NCBI GenBank assembly: GCA_044229845.1
Contig: JBGASG010000006.1
Span: 128,001-192,000 of the forward strand
DNA length: 64,000 nucleotides
Direction of reading: 5' to 3'
From: Candidatus Obscuribacteraceae bacterium
Lineage (GTDB): Bacteria; Cyanobacteriota; Vampirovibrionia; Obscuribacterales; Obscuribacteraceae
Below, one piece after another: positions 36,795 through 47,625 of this stretch. The position numbers and the translations under genes are program-made. The stretch's first letter is position 1. The number at the start of each line of letters is the position of its first letter. The notes beneath the pieces were generated by a model. The model made no database searches, was not told the DNA's origin, and saw nothing but the letters and a program-made list of their open reading frames with translations.

Positions 36795-39700
36795 TCAGGC
36801 GCTGCTGTCCGCCTTCGCAGTCAGCGCGGTCAGCAGCCTCAGCACTTCGCTGACTACGACATAGTCAACTTCGGCCAGTGGCATCGCGCCGGCGTTTTTC
36901 GCATCTCGGTAATAGCTAGGTTCCGAGCGTCCTTTAACGAAGAAACACGAGTTAATCGCCTGCGCTTCGCTTTCCATTATGTATTGCATGCCGATGCCGT
37001 CGTAAATAACAATCGCCGTCACATCTGCCCCGGCGAAATACTTAGAGTGCTCGCTGAACACACCTGCATCCGCAGCCAGACCTCTGCTCCATTGGTTCTT
37101 TTCCAGGGCACCAACTATGGTGACTGCCGGCAGTTGAGCCTTATCGAAGCGAGTAATTTCTCGCTCTTTCAACTCTTCAGGTGTGAGCGACATGACGGAC
37201 CGTCCCAGTTGCTGGAACGGCGACACAATCTCGTAGTCCGTAAACAATTCGCCCCACTTCGATTTGACTTCGTCGGAGACATGCGCCGGGTGAACAATGC
37301 CAACGTGGTCAAACTTATCGATGGTCGCCGGTCGATCATTCATGTCGGAATAGGTGCGATCGTCGTTCAATCTGAACGTATCCACGACCTTGCCCTGATT
37401 GTCGTATCCGCCCCAGATCAGCATTCGCGCCAGGTTCACCATCAGCGGATGATTGACGATTAGTTCTTCGAATTCCTGACGCGGCCATCTCCTGCCACCA
37501 ATCATAGTTTGCTCAAGACGAAACGCCTGAATCTTCGCGACTTCTTTGATTTGCTGCTTGAGCAGTTTCCAATCAGCAACGGCTTGTGCAGCTTTGGCAG
37601 CATCGTCCCTGGCTGATGGCTTCGGCAGATCAGACTTCACTTTGCCTTCTGAATCCTTGACCATCGGTTTCAGATCTGAGGTAAGCAAGAACGTAAATTG
37701 CCGCGGACCGAAGTCGAACGTAAACGATCCGTTCTCGTCCAATCCGCAATCCGGAACTATACGATCCTCCAGCTGATCGCGAGTCAGTCCTTTGTCTTTG
37801 GCGATTTCTTCGATGCACTCCATCGCCCGAGCTTTGAGCGCCTTAAACTGCAACTTTTGGGCGATGCCATTGATCTGCATGAGCGCGGTATCGGTTCCGA
37901 TGTGCCTGAGAACCTCTAATCCCAGCACCGCTCGTTGATGCTGACTGGCTCCCGGCCAGGCGCGCACGTATGGTGTCAGTCTCAACGCGCACTCGTCACC
38001 GCCCAGATGTCCCATAGCAATTAATGTCCACTTCTCTTTGCTTGGTGCATCGTTGCGCTGCCAGGCTTCGAACAACTCCCACAGCATTTTTTCAAATGCG
38101 CGACGCTCGACATTTTCTTGCAACGCCTTGATTAGTGGGTGCACGTTCGTCCAATCACTTTGCTGCAACGCCACCAAAAGTAACTCGATCTGCTGTGGAG
38201 ACAGCCGGCGTCCTTCGACCACCACCGCGGGTAGTGTTCGTCCATCCGACCAGGCAGGCAGTTTTACTTTGGCGACTTTGACCGTCTGCATCGCATCAGA
38301 CAGCCAGCCGGGAGTTGACTCCGGCGTCATCACCTCGAATTTGTCCTCAGGCGATTCGCACATCTTTTCGATTTGCGCAAGCACGTCTTCCGGTAAGGCT
38401 GATGTGAGACCGCGGGCATGGAGATCCTTGAGTGTGTTGCGCGCGGTGTCAGCCAGGTCGCCCCTTCCACTCGCCATTGGAATCAGTTGCTGAGCCGACC
38501 AATCGGGAAACCTGTCCAGCCACTCCTTTGCTGCGCCCTGCACTTTGGATTTGTGGTACAGGTGCACCATGGCTGTCGCAGTTTCCGGCGCTTCGATCGC
38601 CGCCAATGCAGGAAACCGTTTTTGCGAATCTTCTTTATTCAAGTTGGGCTCGTTGATCCACTTCGCTAGAACATCACCGGCTCGCTCACCGATGCATGCC
38701 ACCAACCCGCGAGCCATGTCCTCGTCTAGTGGCACCAATTCCAGCCTGTGCCAATGCTCATCTATTTCTTCAGGACTGGACAGTCCCAACACAAAGTCGT
38801 GCGGAAGCGGCATTCTGGCGTGTTGGTAGTAGGTTTTCTTCTCCGTAGCATAACTTTCTACCAGAGGTTTCAACTCTACATGCATTCCCAGTGCCGCGGC
38901 TAAGAGGAAGCCTGCGCCATCGGCGCCGTCCACCTGTTTCGGATCAAAGTTGTAGTTGCTGCGCAGCTTGTCCTTCATAGACTCGACTTCGGCATCTGTG
39001 AGGTACGGATGCATCAGCTTATGGAAATCCGCGATCAATGTGCGACGAACATCCCAGTCAACTTTCTGCACTATGTCTATGAAGTTTTCGACTGTAATGC
39101 AGGAGAATAGCGGGATTCTGATCGCCTGCTCTTTAGCGTACACGCGAAGATAGGTCCAGTGATTTTGGAAATTGCCCTCAGCAATACGCACATACCAGTC
39201 GGCAGGCTTATCCTCATGCAATCGCTCCGCGCGCACAAAATCTGCTAGCTTCTGCTGTTGACGTTGGTTGTTAGCCTGCCGCTCCGCTTCTGAATTCAGC
39301 TCAGGCAGATTGCGCAAGAAGTTAAACTTCGACTTGAATACGAACCAGAATCTTGCTTCTGTGGGTCCCATCTCGAACGGTCGAGCGCTATCGCAACGAG
39401 CTGAGAGTTTTCCCAACTGGGTGACGTCGCTAAGGGTCGCTTCCAGATCGAACGGGCGCGGAGTCGGTTTAGCAATCTGAGTGCGCGGCCGAAATGTTGC
39501 ATAGACGGTATCGGTAGGAAGAAGATTGATCCGTCTAACCGAGGGTGAACGAGGTGGCGCATCTGCTCGCTTCTTCGTTGAAGGTGTTGCCGAAGCCGGT
39601 TCCATCGTCTCCGACGTCTTTACTTCAGCAGGTGTGTCCGGTGCAGGCTGCCGCTCGGCTACGGCTGTCTGAGTTGCTTTGACCATCGGTTCGCCTGCGG

Positions 39701-39977
39701 TCTCAATTTTTGCCTCCGCTTTGCCCGCCGAGGTCGGGCGGACCGTTATGTCCGCCGGCATTTCAGAGTCGCCCACGCGAAGATAGCCCTTCTTGGTCTT
39801 CTCGACAACCAACTTATCGTATGCAACCTGCGCTTGCGCTTCACTGGCAAACTCTTTGGTTTGCATTTGACCGGCTGTTCCGATTCGCCCAAAGTGCACT
39901 GTGTACGATTTGCCTTCCAGACTGATTGTCCAGAACTTATTGGAACCGCCTTCACTGAATTCGAAACGCTCTGCCAT
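36795..39977 (-). CDS. WGR + DUF4132 domain protein (MolR-like)
   Basis: SNKFW...FGRIG WGR domain; LEDRIVPDCGL, HPLMVNLARMLIWG, GIVHP, PFQQLGR. Confidence 0.9.
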   Translation of the reverse strand: MAERFEFSEGGSNKFWTISLEGKSYTVHFGRIGTAGQMQTKEFASEAQAQVAYDKLVVEKTKKGYLRVGDSEMPADITVRPTSAGKAEAKIETAGEPMVKATQTAVAERQPAPDTPAEVKTSETMEPASATPSTKKRADAPPRSPSVRRINLLPTDTVYATFRPRTQIAKPTPRPFDLEATLSDVTQLGKLSARCDSARPFEMGPTEARFWFVFKSKFNFLRNLPELNSEAERQANNQRQQQKLADFVRAERLHEDKPADWYVRIAEGNFQNHWTYLRVYAKEQAIRIPLFSCITVENFIDIVQKVDWDVRRTLIADFHKLMHPYLTDAEVESMKDKLRSNYNFDPKQVDGADGAGFLLAAALGMHVELKPLVESYATEKKTYYQHARMPLPHDFVLGLSSPEEIDEHWHRLELVPLDEDMARGLVACIGERAGDVLAKWINEPNLNKEDSQKRFPALAAIEAPETATAMVHLYHKSKVQGAAKEWLDRFPDWSAQQLIPMASGRGDLADTARNTLKDLHARGLTSALPEDVLAQIEKMCESPEDKFEVMTPESTPGWLSDAMQTVKVAKVKLPAWSDGRTLPAVVVEGRRLSPQQIELLLVALQQSDWTNVHPLIKALQENVERRAFEKMLWELFEAWQRNDAPSKEKWTLIAMGHLGGDECALRLTPYVRAWPGASQHQRAVLGLEVLRHIGTDTALMQINGIAQKLQFKALKARAMECIEEIAKDKGLTRDQLEDRIVPDCGLDENGSFTFDFGPRQFTFLLTSDLKPMVKDSEGKVKSDLPKPSARDDAAKAAQAVADWKLLKQQIKEVAKIQAFRLEQTMIGGRRWPRQEFEELIVNHPLMVNLARMLIWGGYDNQGKVVDTFRLNDDRTYSDMNDRPATIDKFDHVGIVHPAHVSDEVKSKWGELFTDYEIVSPFQQLGRSVMSLTPEELKEREITRFDKAQLPAVTIVGALEKNQWSRGLAADAGVFSEHSKYFAGADVTAIVIYDGIGMQYIMESEAQAINSCFFVKGRSEPSYYRDAKNAGAMPLAEVDYVVVSEVLRLLTALTAKADSSA

Positions 39978-40071
39978 GTTGCTGTCCTCAAAACAATCGA
40001 CACCCATAGGTGTCAACCAACATCCCAACCTTGTCAACCCAGCCAAGACTCCAAGCTCTCTATGCCCTCCG

Positions 40072-40136
40072 GAGTTAAAGCGATATCGTTTCAGTTCCGG
40101 CAGCTCCCCAGAGTTAAAGCGATATCGCTTCAGTTC
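40072..40136. repeat. Doublet of the 20-bp palindrome, 39-bp period
   Basis: GAGTTAAAGCGATATCG at 40072 and 40111. Confidence 0.95.
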
Positions 40137-40161
40137 TGACGTACCTGCTAACCAAGAGCTG

Positions 40162-40686
40162 CTAGGAAGGATCCGGAGTCGTGTTCGGGACCACGTATGT
40201 AAAGGGGACGTTGTGCTTTGATTCTAGAGGGATGCCGCCGGGTCCGACGATGGCTCCTACAACAAACGGAGGATAGACATCGATCGTGGTGGTGACACTG
40301 ACATCGCCATCGATTGCGCCACCCACCATCGGCGGTGGCACAACGCGTACCGATTCGGTGGCTTTGATAGTTTCTCGCACTTTCATCGGCAGCTTCGTGT
40401 CGTAGATGCGTTTGATCACTGCGATGGCGCGATCATGGGGTTTCTTCCCGGGTCCGACACTGCGATTGTCACCGACAGTGGCGTCGCCGGGTGGTCCTGA
40501 CGCGGCGGCGCGCGCAGCATCGCGGCACACTGAATCGTTGATGGCGACACCGATGACAATCATGCCGCAATCGATCAGAGCGAGGATAAAAGGAACGAGC
40601 AGAACAACGACTGCCACCATTTCAATGATGCTGGATCCGCTGGACTTGCGATTCAATGTTTGCCTCTTGAACTCGTTCCGTCTCAT
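40162..40686 (-). CDS. TadE-like pilus assembly protein
   Basis: GSSIIE prepilin-type motif, TM helix, CRDAARAAA. Confidence 0.75.
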   Translation of the reverse strand: MRRNEFKRQTLNRKSSGSSIIEMVAVVVLLVPFILALIDCGMIVIGVAINDSVCRDAARAAASGPPGDATVGDNRSVGPGKKPHDRAIAVIKRIYDTKLPMKVRETIKATESVRVVPPPMVGGAIDGDVSVTTTIDVYPPFVVGAIVGPGGIPLESKHNVPFTYVVPNTTPDPS

Positions 40687-40869
40687 GACTGATGCTCCTG
40701 TGATGGATCGGCTGCTCCCGGATGCAGCGTTGACGACGCGTGTTCTATTTTTAGGCGCGGACTGCAACGAATGAGTGCAATCTCATCCAGCATTCTCCTA
40801 ATTTTGCCCCCACCTCCGTCAGCAACGTATCAAGGCAGCTATCCCTAAATCGAACCCTTAGGAGAAGCA

Positions 40870-41400
40870 ATGAGAAAGGCTAAAGGCCACGCAATGCTGG
40901 AATTCGGCGTCGGGCTACTGGTATTCGTCTGCTTCATTTTCATTCCGTTGATTGACATAGGCTTTATCCCCGTACGCTACGTCATCGGCTCCGGAACCAT
41001 AAATGAATTCACGCATCGGCTTTCGCTCAACGAAAAGCGCAGCGAAGCGTATCAACAATTAACTGATGAAGGAGGCTGGAAAGCCTTCCTCTCTCAATGT
41101 GGTGTCACGGTACACGAGCCTAAACTGAGTCTGGTCATTTGCGGGCAAGACGAAAGCGAACAGCTCTCCATCGCCAAAGGCGTTCAGGTGCCTGCGGAGT
41201 GGCTTCCCAACGGCAATAAGGGACCGTGCATCTACTCGCTTGAACTGGCGACCGACTGTGACATTGCGCCACTGTTCCCCTGTGATAGCGGTGGCATGCC
41301 CGGTTTCACGAAACCGATCACGCTCACATTGAAGAGCAAGTCTCAGTGGGAAAACCTGGGCAGAAATCCCCAGACGCTCGCCTATTACCTGAACGAATAG
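40870..41400 (+). CDS. TadE/F-like minor pilin
   Basis: GGAG RBS; KGHAMLEF followed by TM helix. Confidence 0.7.
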   Translation: MRKAKGHAMLEFGVGLLVFVCFIFIPLIDIGFIPVRYVIGSGTINEFTHRLSLNEKRSEAYQQLTDEGGWKAFLSQCGVTVHEPKLSLVICGQDESEQLSIAKGVQVPAEWLPNGNKGPCIYSLELATDCDIAPLFPCDSGGMPGFTKPITLTLKSKSQWENLGRNPQTLAYYLNE

Positions 41401-41440
41401 GAAGCACGTAGCGCACTACATCTACATAGGAACGCAATCC

Positions 41441-42319
41441 GTGTCTAAGATATCCAAATCAAATCCCAGAGCATCAAAAGGCAGCATGCAAGTGCTTGCC
41501 TGCGCGCTGTTCGCATTTATGGCTATGGGCCTACTGATCGCCTTTTCATACGGCGGTCTGTTCTTCGTGCAAAACAGATTGCGTGCCTCCGCCGATGAAA
41601 TCGCTCTCGCCGGTGCGCGCAAGCTGAATGACCAGGATCGCATCGGTCAAATGAACAATATGATCGCGCGTTCGCGACAAGCCGTCTTTTCTTCAAGGCA
41701 GCAACTTGAAAAATGTGCCGCCGAGTATCCGCAGATGGAATCGCTGGCGCAGCAGATTCTCGACGAAGACCGCAATTCGGCCGCATTGCTCGAGGATCAG
41801 CGCAAAGCACTGCGAGCCGTCGCCGTCGCAGAGGCGAACAATGCGATGCAGCAGAAGTTCGATCAATTGAAACAGTCTTATTCGATGAATCTGCCCTGGC
41901 TCAAAGTTAGCGTCGCGCAGATGCCCACTAAGACTCTCGGAAAGATTGCCGACATGCAAACCAATGTTCTCGAATTGAAAAATATCGAAGATCTGGAGGT
42001 GCATGACGCATCGCAAGGATACATCGCCCTATCCCCCGGACTGAAGCTATATAAGGAAAGCATCGATGCGAAGTTGCCAGCGACCGATGGCGACTTAAAG
42101 TTTAAACTCTGCCCACTCGCGGCTCCGGTTGAAAAGACGGTATCGCCGGCAAGGCTCGTTCTCTATAGGAAGTACAAGCCGGCGGAGAGCGATCATATTC
42201 CAACGGCAACGCAAGTGCAGCTGAAGGTCAAGATCGCAACCGGACTCGGAGCATCTGCGGAGACCGACATGATTGCAGTGGGCACCGCATCTGCTACCGG
42301 GGCATCGGTCCAACAATAG
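41441..42319 (+). CDS. TadG-like pilus assembly protein
   Basis: KGSM + TM helix; LRASADEIALAGA. Confidence 0.7.
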   Translation: MSKISKSNPRASKGSMQVLACALFAFMAMGLLIAFSYGGLFFVQNRLRASADEIALAGARKLNDQDRIGQMNNMIARSRQAVFSSRQQLEKCAAEYPQMESLAQQILDEDRNSAALLEDQRKALRAVAVAEANNAMQQKFDQLKQSYSMNLPWLKVSVAQMPTKTLGKIADMQTNVLELKNIEDLEVHDASQGYIALSPGLKLYKESIDAKLPATDGDLKFKLCPLAAPVEKTVSPARLVLYRKYKPAESDHIPTATQVQLKVKIATGLGASAETDMIAVGTASATGASVQQ

Positions 42320-42514
42320 TTTTGTCACGCAGTCGGGTTACAACAAAGCTATTGGAACAGCTGTTCCAATAGCTTTGTTGTAACCCGCAATGTAAGCCCA
42401 TATTCGCAGGACATTACATATAGATTACCCGCGATTTTCCGCCTAATTCCTATAACGCTATTGTAAATCCACAAGAACCCAATGTTTCTTATACACCTGA
42501 GTGAGGCACTGCAA

Positions 42515-43873
42515 ATGATCCCCAACCTCAAGAAGTTTTTTGGAATCGCGATGTCCGCAGCCGTGTGCTTATCATCTATGAGCACGTTGCCGGCCCAGAG
42601 CGCGCCCCTCAAGGCTCTGAAAAATCCTGTGCGTTCTGCGCAGAAGCAAGTGCGCCCGCAAGTTTCGTGGACTCCAGATCTATTGATTATCATGCCGGAT
42701 GCCAAAGCTGATTCGGACGACATTAAGGAAGCTCTCGATGACGTACATGGAACCGTAGTCACCACATTTGGTGAAGGCAAGCTGAAAGTAATCGTGCTGC
42801 GCACGGAAAAAGGACAGCTCGAAGCCACCGAGAAAAAACTCACCGCCGACAAGAAACACTTCGCAGCCGTCGGTCGCAACTACAGATTTTCGTCGCACGT
42901 CGTTCCCAATGATCCAGCCTTCCCCGCCTCCTGGCACCTGCCGGCTCTCAACTGTCCGAAAGCCTGGGACAAATCCACAGGCGGCGTGAAGATCGCAGTA
43001 CTCGACACCGGTTGCCAGGCTTCGATTCCAGACCTCTCCGGCAAAGTAGAAAAAGGATTTGATGCGAATACCGGTGCCGCTAAAGCCCTCGGCGGGTTCC
43101 TGGCATTCGGTGGCGCTCCCGGGCTGGACGACATCCTGGGAGCGGCAGCTGCGGCTGCTTCTTCCGGAGCCAAAACAGATCAAAACGGACACGGAACGTG
43201 GGTCGCCTCCTCTGCCGCCGCTAAAATGAACAACAACCAGATTACCGCCGGTGTTGCGCCTTCTGCCACCATTTATCCAATTCGCATTGCCGACGCCGGC
43301 TACTCGCAGAAAGCCAGCACCGATGATCTGTCAGTTATCTGCGCCATGGCTAAGGTGTACACATCGGGCGCCCGCATCGTCAACCTCAGTTATGGCGGCC
43401 CGTACTACGGCTTCCATAACGCAGCGTTGCATGCGCCGCTGCACAAGTACTTCGCCGAGTTCTACACCATGCGCGGTGGCTTGATCTTCCTGTCCGCCGG
43501 TAATGACGCCATATTTGATGGCACCCCGAACATGCCATACTTCAACATGGTGTCCGCCATCGATTCGACCGGCACGCTCGCAGACTTCTCGAACTGGGGC
43601 ACAATCGTCGACTTCACAGCACCGGGTAAGGGCATCGTCGTCAGCGACATCAACGGAGCCCAGGTGTCTGTGGATGGAACATCCTTCTCCTGCCCGATTG
43701 TGGCTGCGGAAGCAGCGCTTGTTTGGAGCAAGAACCCGGCGCTTCCCAACGTTGCTGTCGAGCAAATTCTGCGCGCCAGTTGCGTAAACTCCACACCAGG
43801 CTGGAACCCCTACTACGGCTGGGGCATGCCTGATGCGGAAAGAGCGGCTTCTCTGGCGACAGGCGGACTCTAA
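42515..43873 (+). CDS. Secreted S8 (subtilisin-like) serine protease
   Basis: LDTG, HGT, AGN, GTSFS; signal peptide and prodomain. Confidence 0.95.
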   Translation: MIPNLKKFFGIAMSAAVCLSSMSTLPAQSAPLKALKNPVRSAQKQVRPQVSWTPDLLIIMPDAKADSDDIKEALDDVHGTVVTTFGEGKLKVIVLRTEKGQLEATEKKLTADKKHFAAVGRNYRFSSHVVPNDPAFPASWHLPALNCPKAWDKSTGGVKIAVLDTGCQASIPDLSGKVEKGFDANTGAAKALGGFLAFGGAPGLDDILGAAAAAASSGAKTDQNGHGTWVASSAAAKMNNNQITAGVAPSATIYPIRIADAGYSQKASTDDLSVICAMAKVYTSGARIVNLSYGGPYYGFHNAALHAPLHKYFAEFYTMRGGLIFLSAGNDAIFDGTPNMPYFNMVSAIDSTGTLADFSNWGTIVDFTAPGKGIVVSDINGAQVSVDGTSFSCPIVAAEAALVWSKNPALPNVAVEQILRASCVNSTPGWNPYYGWGMPDAERAASLATGGL

Positions 43874-44035
43874 TCAATGACCCAGTGGTGTCTGTTCCGG
43901 CAAGATGACAGGCACCACTTTCACCTGGAAGCGTCGCGCTGACCGGCCGAAAAGCGACAGTCGAATGGCAGCCCGACGCTTTCAGATAAGAAGCAATGAA
44001 TTCGCCACTCGATCGCATCGAGCAAGGAAAGGACA

Positions 44036-44650
44036 ATGAACGGCAAGCTTAGAAAATTGGTCTCCGGTCTGATGGCAATAGCAGGTCTAGCAGGAATAAT
44101 CGCGCTGACCGCATCCCAATCGGCATTAGCAGATCTGGTCGACCTGCCGTACGACTGGGTCTTCCAGGTAGAAACCAAGCCGTTATCCAAGCAATTCGAA
44201 TATCAGGGCTCGCCCCTTAAACCAGTCGAGAAAATCGACATCAGGTATCATCCGGCAAAAGATGCGGACAACAAGACCACTTACGAATACCTCTGGTATC
44301 ACGACGGCAAACCGCTCGGTCTCGAACGTACCAAAAAATTCGATCTACCTCAGGGCGACAGCATCGCCATTCAGGTTAAACACAAAAACGGCAGTTCTAC
44401 CAGCGGCGAAGAGAAGGCTGCTGCCAACGCAATTCTGCGTGTGACTCTCGATGCCTACCTGAACAAGAACGCCGTCGCTCTGGTCAAGCTACCATCCGAC
44501 TCGTTCTACGACATCTCCGGGCACTTGCAGAGTCAAGGTCTGCAAGTAGCACCAGACATGGCAGCCGAAGGCACGCCGCTCCAATCAAGCCTGACACTCT
44601 TCCTGGTCTCAGAACCCGAAGGCATAAAACAAACCCTCTACCGTCCCTAG
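44036..44650 (+). CDS. Secreted hypothetical protein
   Basis: AAGGA RBS; signal peptide ending ALA. Confidence 0.75.
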   Translation: MNGKLRKLVSGLMAIAGLAGIIALTASQSALADLVDLPYDWVFQVETKPLSKQFEYQGSPLKPVEKIDIRYHPAKDADNKTTYEYLWYHDGKPLGLERTKKFDLPQGDSIAIQVKHKNGSSTSGEEKAAANAILRVTLDAYLNKNAVALVKLPSDSFYDISGHLQSQGLQVAPDMAAEGTPLQSSLTLFLVSEPEGIKQTLYRP

Positions 44651-44722
44651 CGAAGCCTTCTAGCGACCTAGCGAACGCCCGTCCCAACGCCCATCTCGAG
44701 AACCATCCGCCGTTTCAGATTT

Positions 44723-45148
44723 CTAGCTATCTCTGACAATAGTATTGTGATCCTTCAGATAAACAAACTTATCTTCGGTGAGAGTTTGAATCATCCAGTA
44801 CACAGCGACTCCGAAGGCAAGCAGGCACGCGACCAATCCAGCTGCTCCCATCTGATTCGAGAAAACAATCAATAGCGCGCAGACCACCATCGAAATAAAG
44901 TAAGAGGCTCCCAGCGGAACGCCACACTCCAGATTCACAGTCTCACCCGGTCTCACTGTGATCGGCACTGTCTTGCTTTTGCACCAACTCACTTTGATCC
45001 GCACATTGTGGATACCCGGTGACAACTGAAAAACCTCTTCCGCACCGTTAGCTATGGCACCAATCTTTTGATCATCCACTATGACGCCAAACTTGCGAAT
45101 GCAGTAGATAGGATTGCCCTTTCTCGAGAGACGAAGCCCTTCCGTCAT
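44723..45148 (-). CDS. Hypothetical membrane protein
   Basis: GGAG RBS; beta-rich N-terminus, two C-terminal TM helices. Confidence 0.7.
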   Translation of the reverse strand: MTEGLRLSRKGNPIYCIRKFGVIVDDQKIGAIANGAEEVFQLSPGIHNVRIKVSWCKSKTVPITVRPGETVNLECGVPLGASYFISMVVCALLIVFSNQMGAAGLVACLLAFGVAVYWMIQTLTEDKFVYLKDHNTIVRDS

Positions 45149-45191
45149 TGAAAACTCTCCTCGCCAACCACGTCCATTATGTCCCTCTTTA

Positions 45192-45261
45192 CTTGTCCCA
45201 CCCGAACTGAAGCGATATCGCTTTAGCTTGTCCCACCCGAACTGAAGCGATATCGCTTTAG
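45192..45261. repeat. Exact 35-bp doublet containing the palindrome in reverse orientation
   Basis: CTTGTCCCACCCGAACTGAAGCGATATCGCTTTAG at 45192 and 45227. Confidence 0.95.
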
Positions 45262-45381
45262 CTTTGAGGTAGCGGGATAGCGGCGGCTAGAATCGCCATA
45301 TATTAAGAAAAATAGCGCTTGCCAAGAAGGCGGGTGCGGCGAGTGCCAGAATGGTCCAGTTACCTTGACAAGGTGGACGCC

Positions 45382-46089
45382 ATGATCAAAGTCTCGAGAC
45401 AGCTACGGAAACTACAGCGCCCTCAAGCGGCAGGCGACTCAGGATTTCTTCCCTTGGCGACTCTGAGTGTGCTCTGCGTTCAGATGTTTGCGGCAGCGGT
45501 GTTTTTGCTTCTCGTTCTGCAGAAAGGCTATTTCGGTCACCATCATCCACGATTGATGCAGGCAGTGGACGTCGCAGTGCCAATTCTGATCTGCTGGTTC
45601 TGCTTGTCCTTGTTCAATATGGCGAGGCAGAAACGCGGACTGCTGCGGCGACCAGACCTGAAACTCAATCGCTACCTCAATTATTCATTCGAGAAGACCT
45701 ATCCAGTATTCGCCGGGGAAGCATTCGAGCGCCTGGTGGATCGATTGCGCGCACACACGGTGAAAACACCTGACACGCGGCTGGCGTTCTGGGAATTAAC
45801 AAGCCTTAGCGAGCCCGATAATTGTGCGCATTTCAGACTGCAATACGTGCGCGTGCCTCTGGGCACAAAGCCATGGAGACTGTATCCACGGACAGTTGAT
45901 TGTACGATTCGTTTGCTGAGCACCGGTATTAGTACGATTGTGGATGTTTCTTATCACGCCAATTCATCGATGGACTATCCGATCGTTTGCGAGATTATTG
46001 ATAGGACCAATGAAGAGATTGATCGGTGCATGGCAGAAATGTCCTGCGTTCATGAGCTCGCCACAATCAGAAGCCGCGAGAAGCGCTAG
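45382..46089 (+). CDS. Hypothetical membrane protein
   Basis: Two TM helices; ATG 45382 preferred, start uncertain. Confidence 0.6.
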   Translation: MIKVSRQLRKLQRPQAAGDSGFLPLATLSVLCVQMFAAAVFLLLVLQKGYFGHHHPRLMQAVDVAVPILICWFCLSLFNMARQKRGLLRRPDLKLNRYLNYSFEKTYPVFAGEAFERLVDRLRAHTVKTPDTRLAFWELTSLSEPDNCAHFRLQYVRVPLGTKPWRLYPRTVDCTIRLLSTGISTIVDVSYHANSSMDYPIVCEIIDRTNEEIDRCMAEMSCVHELATIRSREKR

Positions 46090-46129
46090 CAAGAATCGCT
46101 AGCAGAAAGCGCTAGCAAGAATCGCTAGC
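46081..46129. repeat. Four GCTAGC palindromes at a 13-bp period between convergent stop codons
   Basis: GCTAGC at 46085, 46098, 46111, 46124. Confidence 0.9.
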
Positions 46130-47354
46130 GTCCACCGCGGCGAGCCCGGATGGCGGCCGCTTGCTCTACTCGTCCGAAGTAGAGCTTCGGCAGACTGCCG
46201 TGCGGACCCAGTCCTCCAATGGTAGCGTTGCTGGCTTTGAATATGATTCCTCGTGATGCCAGTTGTTCGGCGGACAAGACAGTGCGGACATCGCGGTCAC
46301 TGCCCATAGCTGACGCCGGCAATCCTGCTTGCGACAGCCATTGAAGGACACGTTGCTCTTGAGCCTGGCTATTGGCAGTAGTGTCCTGGTAGACGTTCAC
46401 GAAACGCTTGGTGCCGGCCGCCAGGTCGCGGATGTTGGCTTTAATCCAGGGATCCAGCCCGGTCGGATTGTAAGTCGAGTCGAGCATAGTGATGCTGTTC
46501 ACCTTGGCACCAAGAGTGTTCTTGTAGAGGATGGATTCGGTGGGATTGTAGCCGGCAGAGTGGGAGATGATGCCGACACTGGCGATGTCGGAGAGACGCT
46601 TGCCTTGAAGACCCGGGGTTTTGTCGAAGATCTCTTGCACCATGCCGTCGAAGAAACCATTAGTGGCGAACTTGCCTTGCGCACCGCTGTTGGAGCCCGG
46701 TTTAGTTTGCCATTCCGGAACGATCAAAATTGTGTTGGGCGGGGCATTGGCCATCTCCGCGCCAAAATTATTGTCGCGATAGGCATTACTGACGGTGGCA
46801 CGATGTCCGTGATTGTAGATAACGACGTTGATCGGCTTACTTGGATCGAAGCCCTTGGGTATATGAATCACCGCATCGGTGCCACCATGTCCGACGGTGT
46901 GGCGCAATCGCAATTCACGCGAGTAATCGGCCGGGAAGGCCGACGAGTTCACCTGCACCGGAGGCAGAACATCGCGGCGCGGCTGCACCACATCCTGCCG
47001 GGGCGGCGCGGTGTCGAGACCGGGCGGTACCGAAGTTCCGTCCTGTTTCTTGAACGGCACAATCGGTACGCGGTAGATATCGGTCGCGGGAATGGTCAGG
47101 GTTCCGGGATGCGGAGTCGGCTTGCTCTTGTCGGCAAAGGGAAATTTGTGCTCGGGAGGAAAGCCGAGTGTTCCCAGATTGACACTCAACCCGTACAGCT
47201 CGGGCGAGGTGATCTTAGAGATCAAATCCGGCCGTCCGAGATTGGGACCGAGCACCATCGAAGGAGCAGGCAACTCGGGTTTCAGTTGCATGCGAGACAC
47301 TGGCAGGTCGCTGGTGCGCACAACAGGTTGATCGTCTGAACTAAGTCCGGCCAT
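46125..47354 (-). CDS. Hypothetical protein, alpha/beta-hydrolase-like C-terminal domain
   Basis: GGAGG RBS; VVIYNHG, ISHSAGY nucleophile elbow, MLDSTY, late His; Pro-rich N-terminus. Confidence 0.7.
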   Translation of the reverse strand: MAGLSSDDQPVVRTSDLPVSRMQLKPELPAPSMVLGPNLGRPDLISKITSPELYGLSVNLGTLGFPPEHKFPFADKSKPTPHPGTLTIPATDIYRVPIVPFKKQDGTSVPPGLDTAPPRQDVVQPRRDVLPPVQVNSSAFPADYSRELRLRHTVGHGGTDAVIHIPKGFDPSKPINVVIYNHGHRATVSNAYRDNNFGAEMANAPPNTILIVPEWQTKPGSNSGAQGKFATNGFFDGMVQEIFDKTPGLQGKRLSDIASVGIISHSAGYNPTESILYKNTLGAKVNSITMLDSTYNPTGLDPWIKANIRDLAAGTKRFVNVYQDTTANSQAQEQRVLQWLSQAGLPASAMGSDRDVRTVLSAEQLASRGIIFKASNATIGGLGPHGSLPKLYFGRVEQAAAIRARRGGR

Positions 47355-47625
47355 AGCAAAGCGCCTCCGGGCGAATGACGGAGTTAAACGGAACGGAAAA
47401 TCTGCAGCCCAAACTAGATCCCGAGGGAAAGGGCAGCGAAACCAATCCGTGGGATTAGTAAAGTCAGTCTCCGCGATCCGAGCGGACCGCGTTTATCAGG
47501 GAACATGCAGTACTTCTAATCAAACATTTCAATCGTGGCAATTTCGTGAAATGAAACCGGCAATTCATGGTGGAAATACGCAATCTGCGCAAAATCATGT
47601 ACCTGTGCAAGCCGCAGTGCATCGA

